Assembly (NCBI GenBank): GCA_014905635.1
Contig: JABVCE010000025.1
Coordinates: 62,001-126,000, forward strand
Length of the DNA: 64,000 nt
Direction: 5' to 3'
Source: Scenedesmus sp. PABB004
Taxonomy: Eukaryota
Positions 25,101 to 35,857 of the stretch are shown here, piece after piece. A model generated the notes under the pieces. The model saw only the letters and a list, made by a program, of their open reading frames with translations, searched no databases and had not been told where the DNA came from. The translations under genes and the position numbers were made by a program. The stretch's first letter is position 1. Every line of letters begins with the position of its first letter.

Positions 25101-26193
25101 GCGCCCGCCGCGAGCTGGTCGCCGCACGCGTGGCTGCCGGCGACGTCCATGGGCGTGTTCTGGGGCGTCGTCGGCGGCGCGAGGCCCTTCTCGCCCGGCG
25201 TCCTCAGCGTGTTCTGCTTCAGCCCGCGGCGCAGGCGCGAGCTGCCGCCTGGCGCGCGCGCGTGGCGGGAGGGACGGCCGCGTCAGGCGCGGCGGCGCGG
25301 CGGCGGCAGCCCCCGCGGCGAGCCGCGCCCCCCCGCGCGCGCGCACCGATGGCGGCCTGCCGCTCCACGAGTCCCCTGACCTTGCGGATGATCTCCCCGG
25401 GGCTGGCGCCGTCCTGCGAGCGCCACGTGCCCTGGCTGCCGCGGCTCGTCACGCTGCTGTGCGACGCGGCCTCCGACACCGCGTCGACGTCCTGCGCGGC
25501 GACCATGTTAGCCGCGGTGCGCGCCACGAGGTCGCTCGACGACTGCTGCGCCGCAGCCGCGCCAGCCTGCGGCATCGGGCGGCGGCGGCGGGCGGCTGAG
25601 CGCCGTGCGGCGCGCGCGGGCGCGGCCGCGCGTGCCCCTCTCCCCCCCTTTGGCAGCAGTGGCGCAGCGCTCACGCTGGCGTCACCGACGAACACGGGCA
25701 CGTCTGGCGAGGCCGCCTGCGCCGCGGGGGGCATGCTGAACGCGAACGCACCGGCCTCCCTGCCGGGGGCGCCGGGCTTGGTGCTGCTGCCGGCCGCCCA
25801 GCCCGAGCTCACGCCCGGGCTGTCGCCGGCGCCGGGGCGCGCGCTGCCGCAGCTGGCGGCCGAGTACTCGGCCGCCGGCGGCGGGGACACGCCGGGCGTG
25901 TCGCCGCGCGGCTGCGCCGCGGGCGTGATCGGCGGCGGCGACGGCAGCGGGCCCGACAGCCGCGCCGCCGCGCCGGCCGAGGTGCGGCTGAGCTCGCGCT
26001 CGCCGAAGGGGTTGGAGTGGGGCGAGTAGCCCGACACGGGCGTGCCGCCGCCGGCCTCCTCCGAGCGCGGGCTGGCGCGCGGGGTCATCGTGTCGGGCGT
26101 GAGGCTGCCGCCGAAGCTGGGCACGGGGTGCGAGCCCACGCCCCGCGACGCGCTGTCCACGGGAGACAGCGACGACCGGGGGCCCGCGCTCAT
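22189..26193 (-). CDS. Large low-complexity protein with two predicted TM segments and an (EAAAAA)n rod
   Basis: Frame-consistent introns 25674-25567, 25346-25249, 24964-24854, 24723-24609 (GC-AG), 24431-24325, 23344-23229, 22886-22788, 22546-22447. The 3' end depends on an apparent 2-nt indel at the (GC)n run near 22336-22349. Confidence 0.65.
23555..23825 (-). repeat. 18-bp coding minisatellite, about 14 copies, encoding EAAAAA
   Basis: Tandem gccgcagcggccgcctcg-type units on the + strand. Confidence 0.9.
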
Positions 26194-26911
26194 GGGCGGG
26201 CCGACGGGCGCGTGCGCTCTGCGGCGCGGCCGCGCGCGGCGCCGGCGCGGCGGTTGGCGCCGCCCCGCCCGCCGCGGCGCGCACGCCGCCCGCGCCGGCC
26301 GCCCACGCCGCGCGCACCTCGCTGCCTGGCTCCGGGGCCGAACGGGCGGTTGGGGCGATCAGGCCGCGCCCCGCATGCCGAGCGGCGGGCGCGTTGTTGG
26401 CTGCCGGTGGGCGCGCGGCGCGGTGCCCGCCCGCTGGCAGCAGGAGCGCGCGATGAGTGGGCGCGACGCCGGGAGCGGGCGGGAGGCCGGAGCTGCGGCC
26501 GCCGATTCGAAGGCTGGCATTCTTTTTAACGAGCCCGCGCGCTGTCGCGCCAGACGTCCGTTCATCCCGCGGCCTGGCCGAGAGCCCCATCGGCGCCTTC
26601 CGGCCACGGATCTCGCCCAGCCGTCACCGCCAGCGCGCGCCAGGCCGCGCCCGCAGCCCGCGCCCGCGCGCCCGCGCCCGGCCGGGGCAGCGCCTGCCAC
26701 CCCGGGGACCGCCAGAGCCAGGTGGGCGCGCCGGTACAGGCGGCAGCGGCGCCAGCGGCGCCAGCGCGCCAGCCGGCGCCGAGCGCAGCAGCAGCAGCGC
26801 CGCTGCCGCCGCGCGCGCCGCGCCGCGCCGCGCCGCGGCCCCACCCCGCCTCTCCCGCCGCCCGGCAGGCTCCGGAGCGCCGGTGTGGGCCTGCGCGGGG
26901 CGCGCAGCGCC

Positions 26912-27764
26912 ATGCGGGCGCTCAGCAGCGGCGGCGGCACGGTGCGCGCGGCGCCCGGCGGAGGGCCGGCGGCGCCGGCGTGCCGCGCGCGGCGGCGGCT
27001 CGCGTGCGTCGCGCGGCGCACCAAGAGCGGCGGCGGCGAGCGCGACGCAGCGGCGCGCAAGGCGAGCGCCAACGCCGCGGGCGGGCGCGCCGCGCCGCCG
27101 GCGAGCAGCAAGGCCCCGCCGGGCAAGGCGCCGCAGCCGCAGCGTACGCCGGCGCGGTCGCAGCAGCAGCAGCAGCAGCAGCAGCAGCTGGGCGGTCGGT
27201 CGCAGATGAGCGGGCTGGAGGACTTTGTGCGCCGCACGCCGGGGCTCAACCGCTTCCTCGACGGCACGCTCCTCCTCGGCGACGCCGTGATGGTCCTCGC
27301 GACCGAGGCCTCCAGCGAGCGCCTGCCGATCGAGCAGGCGCGCCGCGCGCGCCGCCCGCGCGGCGCGCCGACGGCGCCCTGCCGCCCGCGCGGCGCGCCG
27401 ACCGCGCCCCGCCGCGCGCGTGCAGGTGCCCGCGCTGGCGACCGTGGCGATCGGCAGCTGGGTAGCGGCCGCCGCGCTGCTCGGGGACTATGCGATGGAG
27501 CCCGACCCGGACTCGAACCCGTTGTCCGACGCTCTCGGGTGGCCCATCTTCCAGGCGGTCGTGACCGCGATGATCACGTGGGCGGCCGCGATGGTGCTCG
27601 CGATCGGCGGCTTCGCGTGGCTGGTGAGCCACCTGGTCGTCGAGCCGGGCGTGGTGATGGAGGTCGAGCGCGACGGCATGCTCAGCCCGCAGCTCGAGGT
27701 CAGCGTCGCGCTGCTCATCACGATGTCGTGCTGGCGCGGCATGGCGGCGCGCATGCGCCTCTGA
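26912..27764 (+). CDS. Probable plastid membrane protein, DUF3054-like
   Basis: Transit-peptide-like N-terminus. LLLGDAVMVLA...SWVAAAALLGDY...TWAAAMVLAIGG...LLITMSCWRG four-helix pattern. One GC-AG intron 27338-27425. Confidence 0.6.
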
Positions 27765-28095
27765 GCGCGCACGCACGCCGCAGCCGCGCGGCGGCGCGCG
27801 GCGGCAGGCCGCAGCCGCGCGGCGGCAGGCCGCAGCCGCGCGGCGGCGCGCGGCGGCAGGAGAGAGAGAGCGCAGCGCTGGCGCGGGGGGCGGCGCGGGC
27901 GGGCGGGCGCAAGGGGGGGGGGGCGGCCGGGGGGTTGCGTGTCGCGCGCGGCGCGCGCTGAGCGCCGCGGAACCTCGTCCAAACCGGGCCGCGTGGTGAG
28001 GCGCTGCTGTGCTGTGTACGTACCAGGCAGGGCGGGCTGGGGGTGCTGGGGCGAGACCGACGGATGTACATGCGTGTAACATGCTGACCGCGCTC

Positions 28096-29130
28096 TCACG
28101 TTGCGCCCGCCTTGGCGCTGCCGCGCTTGGCGGCGCCGCGGCGCGGCTGCGGCGTCCGGAACGCAGCCGCGACGCCCCTCTCCGCGCCGCCCGGCTGCTT
28201 CTGCTTCTTGGCCGTCGCCGGCGGCGTGGCCGCGGCGCCCAGCTGCTTCTGCTTCTTGGCCGTCGCCGGCGGCGTGGCCGCGGCGCCCAGCTGCTTCTGC
28301 TTCTTGGCCGCCGCCGGCGTCTGCTGCTGCGCCGCCGCGTGCGTCGCGGGCTGCTGCTCGGGCGGGGCCTGCTGCGCTGCCGCTGCGGCGCCGGCCTGCT
28401 TGCGGTGGCGCTTGGCGCCGCCGGCCTCGCCCGCCGCCTTGCGCTTGCCTCGTGGCGCGGCGGCGGCCGGCGCCGCCGCCGCCGCGCCGGGCGCCGCGTC
28501 CGCCGCGAGCAGCTGCTGCACGAGCCGCAGCGCCGCGCTGCCCGAGCCCTGCTGGTGGGGCGCGCCGTCGGGCCCGAGCAGGCGCCAGCCCTTCAGAGAG
28601 TTGACCGCTTGCTTCAGCGCAAACGCGCGGCACGCCAGCTCCTGCGCCCACGCCGCGAGCGCCTCGCCGTTGCCGGTGACCCGCGCCGGCGCGCCGTTCA
28701 CGGCGGCGAGGTGCAGGAAGAGCGCGGCCAGCTGCTCCGACCGCGCGTAGTCGTCCGAGCCGACGCAGGCGGGCGTCGCGAGCTCGAGCAGGAGCGCGGG
28801 GCTCGACAGCGCGCGGCAGAGGCCGCACGCCAGGCTGCCGCGCGTCGCGGTCACGGTCCGCGCCGCAAAGTCCAGCCGCGTCGCCACCAGCAGGCCCAGG
28901 CCCTCGCCGGCGCAGGGGCCGGCGCAGAGCGCGCAGCAGCCGCCGGCGGCCGCCGCCGCACGCGCGAGCTGCTGCGCCGCGCGCGGTGCGGCGGCCAGCT
29001 GCGCGCCGACGTCTCCCAGCGCCCGGGGCGCCATGCTGAGCGGCAGGGTCGGCATGGCGGCCGCCAGTTCGTCGGCGTGCGCCTGCAGCGCTGCCGCCGA
29101 CGCTGCCGGCGCGGCCGCTGTCGCCGTCAT
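28096..29130 (-). CDS. Intronless degenerate HNH-like/Zn-binding protein with basic repeat tail
   Basis: PTLPLSMAP...CALC...LDFAARTV...CGLC...HLAAVNG...RAFAL...W pattern. C-terminal TPPATAKKQKQ repeats. Confidence 0.65.
   Translation of the reverse strand: MTATAAAPAASAAALQAHADELAAAMPTLPLSMAPRALGDVGAQLAAAPRAAQQLARAAAAAGGCCALCAGPCAGEGLGLLVATRLDFAARTVTATRGSLACGLCRALSSPALLLELATPACVGSDDYARSEQLAALFLHLAAVNGAPARVTGNGEALAAWAQELACRAFALKQAVNSLKGWRLLGPDGAPHQQGSGSAALRLVQQLLAADAAPGAAAAAPAAAAPRGKRKAAGEAGGAKRHRKQAGAAAAAQQAPPEQQPATHAAAQQQTPAAAKKQKQLGAAATPPATAKKQKQLGAAATPPATAKKQKQPGGAERGVAAAFRTPQPRRGAAKRGSAKAGAT
28194..28320 (-). repeat. 48-bp coding tandem repeat (about 2.5 copies) encoding LGAAATPPATAKKQKQ
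   Basis: ctgcttctgcttcttggccgtcgccggcggcgtggccgcggcgcccag repeated on the + strand. Confidence 0.85.
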
Positions 29131-29361
29131 CGCGGGGCGCGAGTGACAGGCGCGTCGAGGCCGAGTCGTCGTCTCGGGCGCGGGCGGTGTGCGGGAGGCC
29201 GCGGCGCGCGCAGCGAGCAGCGGCGGCAGACGCTCGGGCACGAGCCCGTCGCCACGCGGGCGCGCCCTCACAAGTGCCGGGGCGCGCCCGTGGCGATGTG
29301 CACACGCGTATCTCTCCGTGCCACCCGCGACCGGCGCTGCCGCCGGGCTGCGGGCGCCGCG

Positions 29362-31310
29362 ATGCTGCGCCGCGCGCTCCGCTGCCAGGCAGCCCTGGCC
29401 GCAGCGCACCCGGGCACGGCGGCGTGGCGGCGGCTGCACGGCGCCGGCGCCGGCGCAGCCCCTGAGCAGCCAGGGGGCATCCTGGCGGCGTACGAGCGGT
29501 GCGCGCGGCCCGGCGACGGGCGCACGCGGCCGCCGCTCGCCGCGTGGCGCACGACCCGCCCGCACCGCGCCGTGCCGCCTGCGCAGCCTGCTGGCGGTCG
29601 GCGAGCTCTCCCCCGATGCCGCGCAGCTGGCGGCGGTGCGGGCGCTGCAGCTGCTGCAGCAAGCCCTCGTGCTGCGGGCGCGCGGCGCGGCGGCGCCCGC
29701 CCCGGCGGCAGCGGGCGCCGCCGCGGCCAGCAGCAGCGGCGGCAGCGAGCGCAGCGGCGCCGCGCTCGCCGCCGCCGGCGCGCCGCGCGTGGCGGGCGCG
29801 TACCTGCACGGCCCCGTGGGGTCGGGCAAGACGATGCTGATGGACCTGTTCATCGCCACGCTGCCGGCGCCCGCCGGCGGCGGCGGCGCTCACACGGGCG
29901 GCGGCGGCGCTGACACGGGCGGCGGCGCCGCCGCGCCGCGCCCGCTGCGCGTGCACCGCCTGCACTGCCACGAGTTCATGCTCGCCGCGCACGCGCGCCT
30001 CCACGAGCTGCAGCAGGCGCTGCCGCGCGTCGTCGCGAAGAGCCGCGCGGGCCTGCCCGTCTTCAGGCGCGGCCGCGCAGCTGCATGCTGCGTGCTGCGT
30101 GCTGCGCGGCCGGCGGCGCCCTCAGCGCCGCGCCGCGCCGCGCCGCGCCGTGCCGCGCCGCCACGCGCGGCCCCGCGCCGCGCGCAGGTACGCGCCGCCG
30201 GCCGAGGACCCGGTGCTGGCCGTCGCGCGCGAGGCGGCGGCGCGGTGCGAGGTGCTCGCCCTGGACGAGCTGCACCTCGCCGACGTCGCCGACGCGCTGC
30301 TGCTGTCGCGCCTGCTGTCCGAGCTGCTGGACCGCGGCACCGCGGTGGTGCTCACCAGCAACCGCCCCGCGGCGCACCTCTTCAGCGGCGGCGGCCCGAG
30401 CCGGCGCTACGTCGAGCCGCTGCTGCGCCTCATCGACGGCTCGCTGCTGCAGCTCCGCGTGGCGGGCGGGCGTGACTTTCGGGAGCGCGGCGGCGCGGCG
30501 GCGCCCCGCGGCGGCGACCGCGCGCCGGGCGCCTGGCTGGTGGGGCCGGGCGCGGCGGACGCGCTGGCGCGGCGCTGGCGCGCGCTCGCGGCGGCGCACG
30601 GCGCCGACGGCGACGGCGCGCCCGTGAGCCTGCCGCTGCCGTTTGGCCGCGACTTGCGGGTGCCCCGCGCGCTGCCGCAGCAGCCGGCGGAGGGCGCGCA
30701 GGCGGCGGCGGCGGCGCAGGCCCAGCGCCCGCAGCAGCCGGCGCTGGCGGCCGCGTGGTTCAGCTTCGAGCAGCTCGCGGGCGCCGGCGGCAGCCGCTCG
30801 TCGCTGGAGCAGTCGGGCGCGCTGAGCGCCAACGACTGCCTGGTGCTGGCGGCGCAGGTCGGCGCACTGTTTGTGGACGGCGTGCCGCAGCTCGGCCCCG
30901 CGCAGCGCGACGAGGCGCGGCGCCTGGTCACGCTGCTGGACTGCCTCTACGACGCGCACGCGCTGCGCCCGGGCAGCGTGCGCCTGTGCGTCGCGGGCGC
31001 GGTGCCGCCGGGCGAGGTGTTCCTGCCGCTGCTCGGCGCCGCGGCGGCCGCGGGCGTCAACCCCAACCTCGGCCGCGCGGCGGGCGCGCGGCTCGACGTC
31101 GCGCGGCTGCTGCGCGAGCACGGCCCCGGCGCGCGCGCGGACGGCGGCGGCCGCGACGAGCTCGGCGCCGCGGCGGGCGAGGTCGGCGGCGGCGCGGCGA
31201 GCGGCGGCGGCGGTGGCGGCCGCTCGGCGCTGCTGCCCGAGGAGGTGTTGATGTACCACCGCGCGGCGTCGCGCCTGGCTGAGCTGTGCGAGGTCGAGGA
31301 GTGCGGCTGA
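29362..31310 (+). CDS. AFG1: AFG1/LACE1/ZapE-family AAA+ ATPase, mitochondrial-type presequence
   Basis: Walker A GAYLHGPVGSGKTMLMDLF, HCHEFM, Walker B LALDELHLADVADA, TSNRP, DEARRLVTLLDCLYD and RAASRLAE. Introns 29499-29586, 30067-30187 (GC-AG). Confidence 0.92.
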
Positions 31311-31460
31311 GCAATTGCAAGTTGCGCACTCCTGGCCGCGCCGGCCCCGCACAGCCGCAAGGAATGGATGTCCCGCGACACCGACAATTTCAGCCCCCCC
31401 CCCGAGAGCCAGCCGGCGACGCCGCCACGGGGCAGGCCGCCGCGACCGCGCGCGGCGCGG

Positions 31461-32635
31461 TCACACAAGGCGGTGCTGCAGGTCGCCGAGCCGGCCGTCC
31501 CGGACCGCCGTGATGTTGTGCACGAGCACCTTCGCGACGCTGCGATAAAACTCGTGCGTGGCCGCGCCCGTGTGCGGCAGCGCCAGGACCTTGGGGTGCC
31601 TGCGCGCGCACGCGGCGGCGGCGTCGGGCGGCGGTGGCGTCGGCGGGGCGCCTGCACGCGTGCCATGCCTGCCTGCGCGCGCAGCACGCCGCGCGCCGCA
31701 CCGGTACAGTCGGTCGTCGGGGTCGGCCGGCTCCACCCAGTGCACGTCGAGCCCGACCCCGCCGAGGTGGCCGTCGTCGAGCGCGTCGAGCAGCGCGGCG
31801 CGGTCAATGACCGGCCCCCGCGCCGTGTTGACCAGCACCGCGCGAGGCTTCATCAGCGCCAGCTCCGCCGCGCCGATGAGGCCCTGCGAGCGGACAGGCG
31901 CAGCGCAGCGCGCAGCACGGCGCGGGCTTGGGCGCGGCGCGCAGGCCTGGGCCGCGGCGTGGCCAGCGGCGGGACCCCGCCCCGCTGCCCCACCTGGGTC
32001 TGTGCGGTGAGCTGCGTGTGCAGCGACACGACGTCCGCCGCCCGCAGCAGCGCCTCGAGCTCGGCGCGGCCCGAGCCCGAGCGCGTCGCGAGCACGCGCA
32101 TGCCGAGCCCCTCCGCGGCGGCCTGCAGGCGGCGGCCGACGCGGCCGAGGCCGACGATGCCGAGCGTCTTGCCGTGCAGCTCACTTCCGATCGGTGACCC
32201 GATGATGCGCTGCTGGAACGCGACGCGCGCCTCGTCGGCGCGGCGCATGAGCATGAGCATCAACATCAACGCGACCTCAGCCGTGGCAGCGTCGTTGTGC
32301 CCGGGGGCGGTCGTGACCGGCACGCCCCGCGCGGCCGCCGCGGCGACGTCGATGTTGGCGAAGCCCGCGGCCGGCTGGGCGACGAGCCGGAGGTCCGCCG
32401 GCGCCGCGATCGCGGCCGCGTCGACCTCGCCCGTGGTCGGAATCAGCACGCGTGCGCCGCCGACCTGCTCGGCGAGCGGCCGCCGCGGGTCCATTCGGTG
32501 CAGGCGCGCCCACGGCGGCAGGAGGGCCTCGAGCTCGTCCGCGGCGCCATGCCACCCATCGAAGCACCACCACACTTCCCACACGTCGTGCTCGCCGCCG
32601 TCGTCTGCCGCCGGCGCCGGGCCGAGCGAGCCCAT
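31461..32635 (-). CDS. D-isomer-specific 2-hydroxyacid dehydrogenase
   Basis: [35 protein letters not shown] and LPHTG (Arg/Glu/His catalytic set). Introns 31993-31884, 31701-31600. Confidence 0.92.
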
Positions 32636-33110
32636 CGCCCGCTGCTGCTGCTGACGCCTGTGCTGGCGCGCTGGTGGTGCCTGCGCCGCGGCCGCCGCCG
32701 CGCGGCCGCCGCCGCGGCCAGCCGCCGCCGCTGCCTGCCGCCGCTGCTGGCGGCAACTGCTGCAGCCGGTGTGCGCGTCGCCGGCGTCGTCGGCAGGCGC
32801 CTCGCCGGTCGGCCAGCCGCCGCTGCTGTTGCCGGTTTGTGTGCGCGTCGCTGGCGCGGCGGCAGGTGTCTCTCACCGGTGGAGGGTGAGCTGAGCTGTG
32901 GCTGCGCTAGGGGCCGCCGGTGCGGCTGCAACCGCTGCGCCGCGTCGTCACGGCGGCGGGCCGTCGCGCTTCTGCGCGCGGCGCGGCAGGCGCTGGCACG
33001 CTCGCGGCTGCGCGGCGCGTCTCAGTGCCCGTCCCGCACTCGCTTCGCGCCCCGCGTCTCGCCGCCGTGCCGCGCCGGCAGCGCCCCGAGCCGCCGGCAG
33101 CAGCCTCGAG

Positions 33111-35386
33111 ATGGCGAGCTCCACGGCCCCCGGGGTGGCCAAGCCCCCCAGGAAGCGCAAGGTCAAGGTCAGGCCCGTCCTGGAGAAGGGCCTGGGCGCG
33201 TCTCCGGGCGGCGAGGAGGGCGCCGGGAACAGCAAGTTCGCTCGCGCGCTCGGCAGCACCGACTTCGGCACGCGCGAGAAGGGCCTCGAGGCGCTGACGC
33301 GCTTCCTGCTGCACAAGAAGGAGCTCACCGACCTGGACATGCTCAAGCTGTGGAAGGGGCTCTACTTCTGCTTCTGGCACTCCGATAAGGCGCCCGTGCA
33401 GGCGCGCGGCCGCCGCGGCGGGCCGCCGCGGCGGGCCGGGGCGGCGGCGGGCCGGGCAGCTGGGGGCCAGCAGCCCGGCGCGGCGCGCGCGCCGCCGCGG
33501 CCGTGAAACGGCAGCCGGCAGCGCCGGCGGTTGCGAGCGGCGCCGCGCGTTGTTGAGCCAGCGGCGGCTGACCAGTCAGCCCCGCGAGCTGCGGCCGGGC
33601 AGCCCCGCCCTGTGCGGCGGCGGCCGCCGCTAATCCTCCCTCCCCCGCCGCGCGCCGCGCCGCGCCGCAGGCGGAGCTCGCGGAGCGCCTCGCGGGCCTG
33701 CTGCCGCGGCTCGCGCCGCGCATGGCCGCGCTCTACTGGGCGGGCCTGCTCGCGACGCTGCGGCGCGAGTGGTTTGCGATGGACCACCACCGGCTCGACA
33801 AGTTCCTCATGCTCACGCGCAAGTTCGTCGCCGCGCTGCTGACGCGCCTCGCCGAGACGCGCTGGTGCGGCGGGGGTGTGTGGGCGCGCGCAGCACGCGC
33901 GGGCCGCGAGGCAGGGCCGGCTCGTGCGCGCGGGCAGCACACACACACGCACACCGACGGCCGGCGCCGCCGTGCCTGCCGCCGTGACCGCGACCGCCGC
34001 CGCGCCGCGCAGGGACGCCGGCGCGATCGCCGACCTCACGCTGCGGCTGCCGCTCGGGCAGTCGCTCGTGCCGGCGGACAGCGCCAAGGCGCTGGGGCTG
34101 AGCTACCACCTCGCGGACGTGTGGCTGCAGGAGCTGCGCCGCGTCGCGGGCGACGCGCCGGTGCCGGGCCCCGCGCTCGCCGCGCTGGTGGAGCCGTTTG
34201 CGGTCGTGCTGGAGGCCGGCGGCGAGCAGGCGCTCATCACGCGCGTCAAGTGAGCGCGGGGCAGCGCGCGGGCAGCGCCGGCGCCGCGCAGGCCGCGCGC
34301 CGCGAGGCCCCCGAGCGCCGCCCGCCTGCGCGCCAACCGGCCGGCCCCCGCCGCCCGCCGCCGCCCGCGCGCATGCGTAGGGAGTCTGTGTTTGATGTGC
34401 TCGCCGCCGACGCGGCGGCCGCGGCCGCGGGCGACGGCGACGACGACAGCAGCGCGTACGCGGCGGCGCTCGACGCGCCGGGCCTCGCGGCGGCGCTCTT
34501 TGCGCGCGGCGCCGCGGAGGGCGTGCGCGCGCGCAACCGCGCGGCGCTGTATGCTGCGAGCAAGGAGCTGGAGCGCGCGGCGGGCAAGCGGCGCAAGAAG
34601 GTGCACGGCGCGGCCGCAGCGGCGCCGGCGGCGCAGCCGGCGCAGCAGCAGCCTGCCAAGCAGCAGAAGGAGCAGCAGATTGCCAAGCAGCAGAAAAGGC
34701 AGAAGAAGCACAAGCAGGAGCTTGAGGAGGCGCAGCCGAAAGAGGAGGCGCAGCCGGCGGCGGCGCAGCAGGCGCCCGCGCCGGGCCGGAAGAAGCGCAA
34801 GCACGGCGCGGAGCAGGCGCAGGAGCAGGCGGCGGCAGCGGCGCCGCCGCCGCAGCAGCAGCAGCCGGGCGTGTCGCCGCGCCCGGGCGGCACGGCGGCC
34901 GCAGACGCCGCTGCGCCGGCGGCACGGCGCTCGAGCAAAAAGCGCGGCGCGCAGGCGGCGGCGCCGTCGCCCGCGCCGGCCACGCCCGCGCCCGCCGCGA
35001 CGCCCGCGGCCGCGCCCGCGGCCGCGCCCGGCGGCAGCGCGCTGCGCAGCAGCGGGCGCGCGCGCCGGGCGGCCGCGGACGGCGGCGGCAGCGCGGGCAA
35101 GCGGGGCGTGAAGATCGACCTGCGGCGCAACATCTACTTTGCGCACGGCGCGCCGGTGCCGCCGGAGTCCATCCGGTCGCCGCCAAACACCAAGCCCAAG
35201 GGCAGCGCGCTCAAGAGCGCGGCGGCGGCGGCGGCCGCAGCCGCGGCGGCGGCGGGGGGCGCCGCGCGCACGCCGCAGACCGCGCCCGCCAAGGCGGGCG
35301 GCGGCAGCCGGCTCGGCCCGGGCAGCGCGCGCAAGCCCGTCACGCCGAGCAGCGTGCCGCGCGTCAAAGCGGCCGCGTTCTTCTGA
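33111..35386 (+). CDS. RRP1: Nop52/RRP1-family nucleolar rRNA-processing protein
   Basis: KLWKGLYFCFWHSDKAPVQ and REWFAMDHHRLDKFLMLTR, with a Lys-rich tail. Introns 33402-33670 (GC-AG), 33865-34012, 34250-34380. Confidence 0.92.
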
Positions 35387-35857
35387 GGCTGGTGCGAGAA
35401 GGGGAGGAAGCTCGTCCCGGGCTGGCGGCGAGGGGCGGCGGCTCGCGCGCGCGACTGGCCGGCGGCGAGCGGCTGGCAACCACGCGCGAGCGCGCCGTGC
35501 CCGCGCGCCGCCCGCGTGCTCCGCCAGCCTCAGCGGAGCTCCTGCAGGCTCAGGGCGGCCCGCTCCGTTGCGTGCGCTGCTGTCCTCAAAAATGGCGGTG
35601 TCCGCCAAACTTCTTGGGCTCGGCCCGCGCCGGCCTTGATGAAACCCTGCCCCCCGCCCCGCTCGGCACCTTTTGCCACCCCAGACGCCCCTGCTGCCGC
35701 CGCCACCCCGCGACGCCGCTGCTCCCGCGCCCGCCACCCGTCACACGAGCACTCGAGCACGCACGCAGCTCCCGCGGCGCGCCCAAAGTCGTCCCTCGGG
35801 CAATTCAGCGCCTCACACGCCCCGCCACCCGCGAACGCGCGCCCCGGCGCCGGCGCA

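Noticed and set aside
21798..25379. Very long ORFs such as 1193 aa (21798-25379), 1151 aa (47969-51424) and 1051 aa (53374-56529)
   Set aside because: Arg/Ala/Pro-rich antisense or intron read-through frames caused by stop-codon scarcity at extreme GC. The real genes are the spliced ones.
27778..27858. Short 21-bp tandem repeat after the DUF3054-like stop, and small internal duplications in introns 1696-1836 and 27338-27425
   Set aside because: Low-complexity slippage repeats with no evidence of function.
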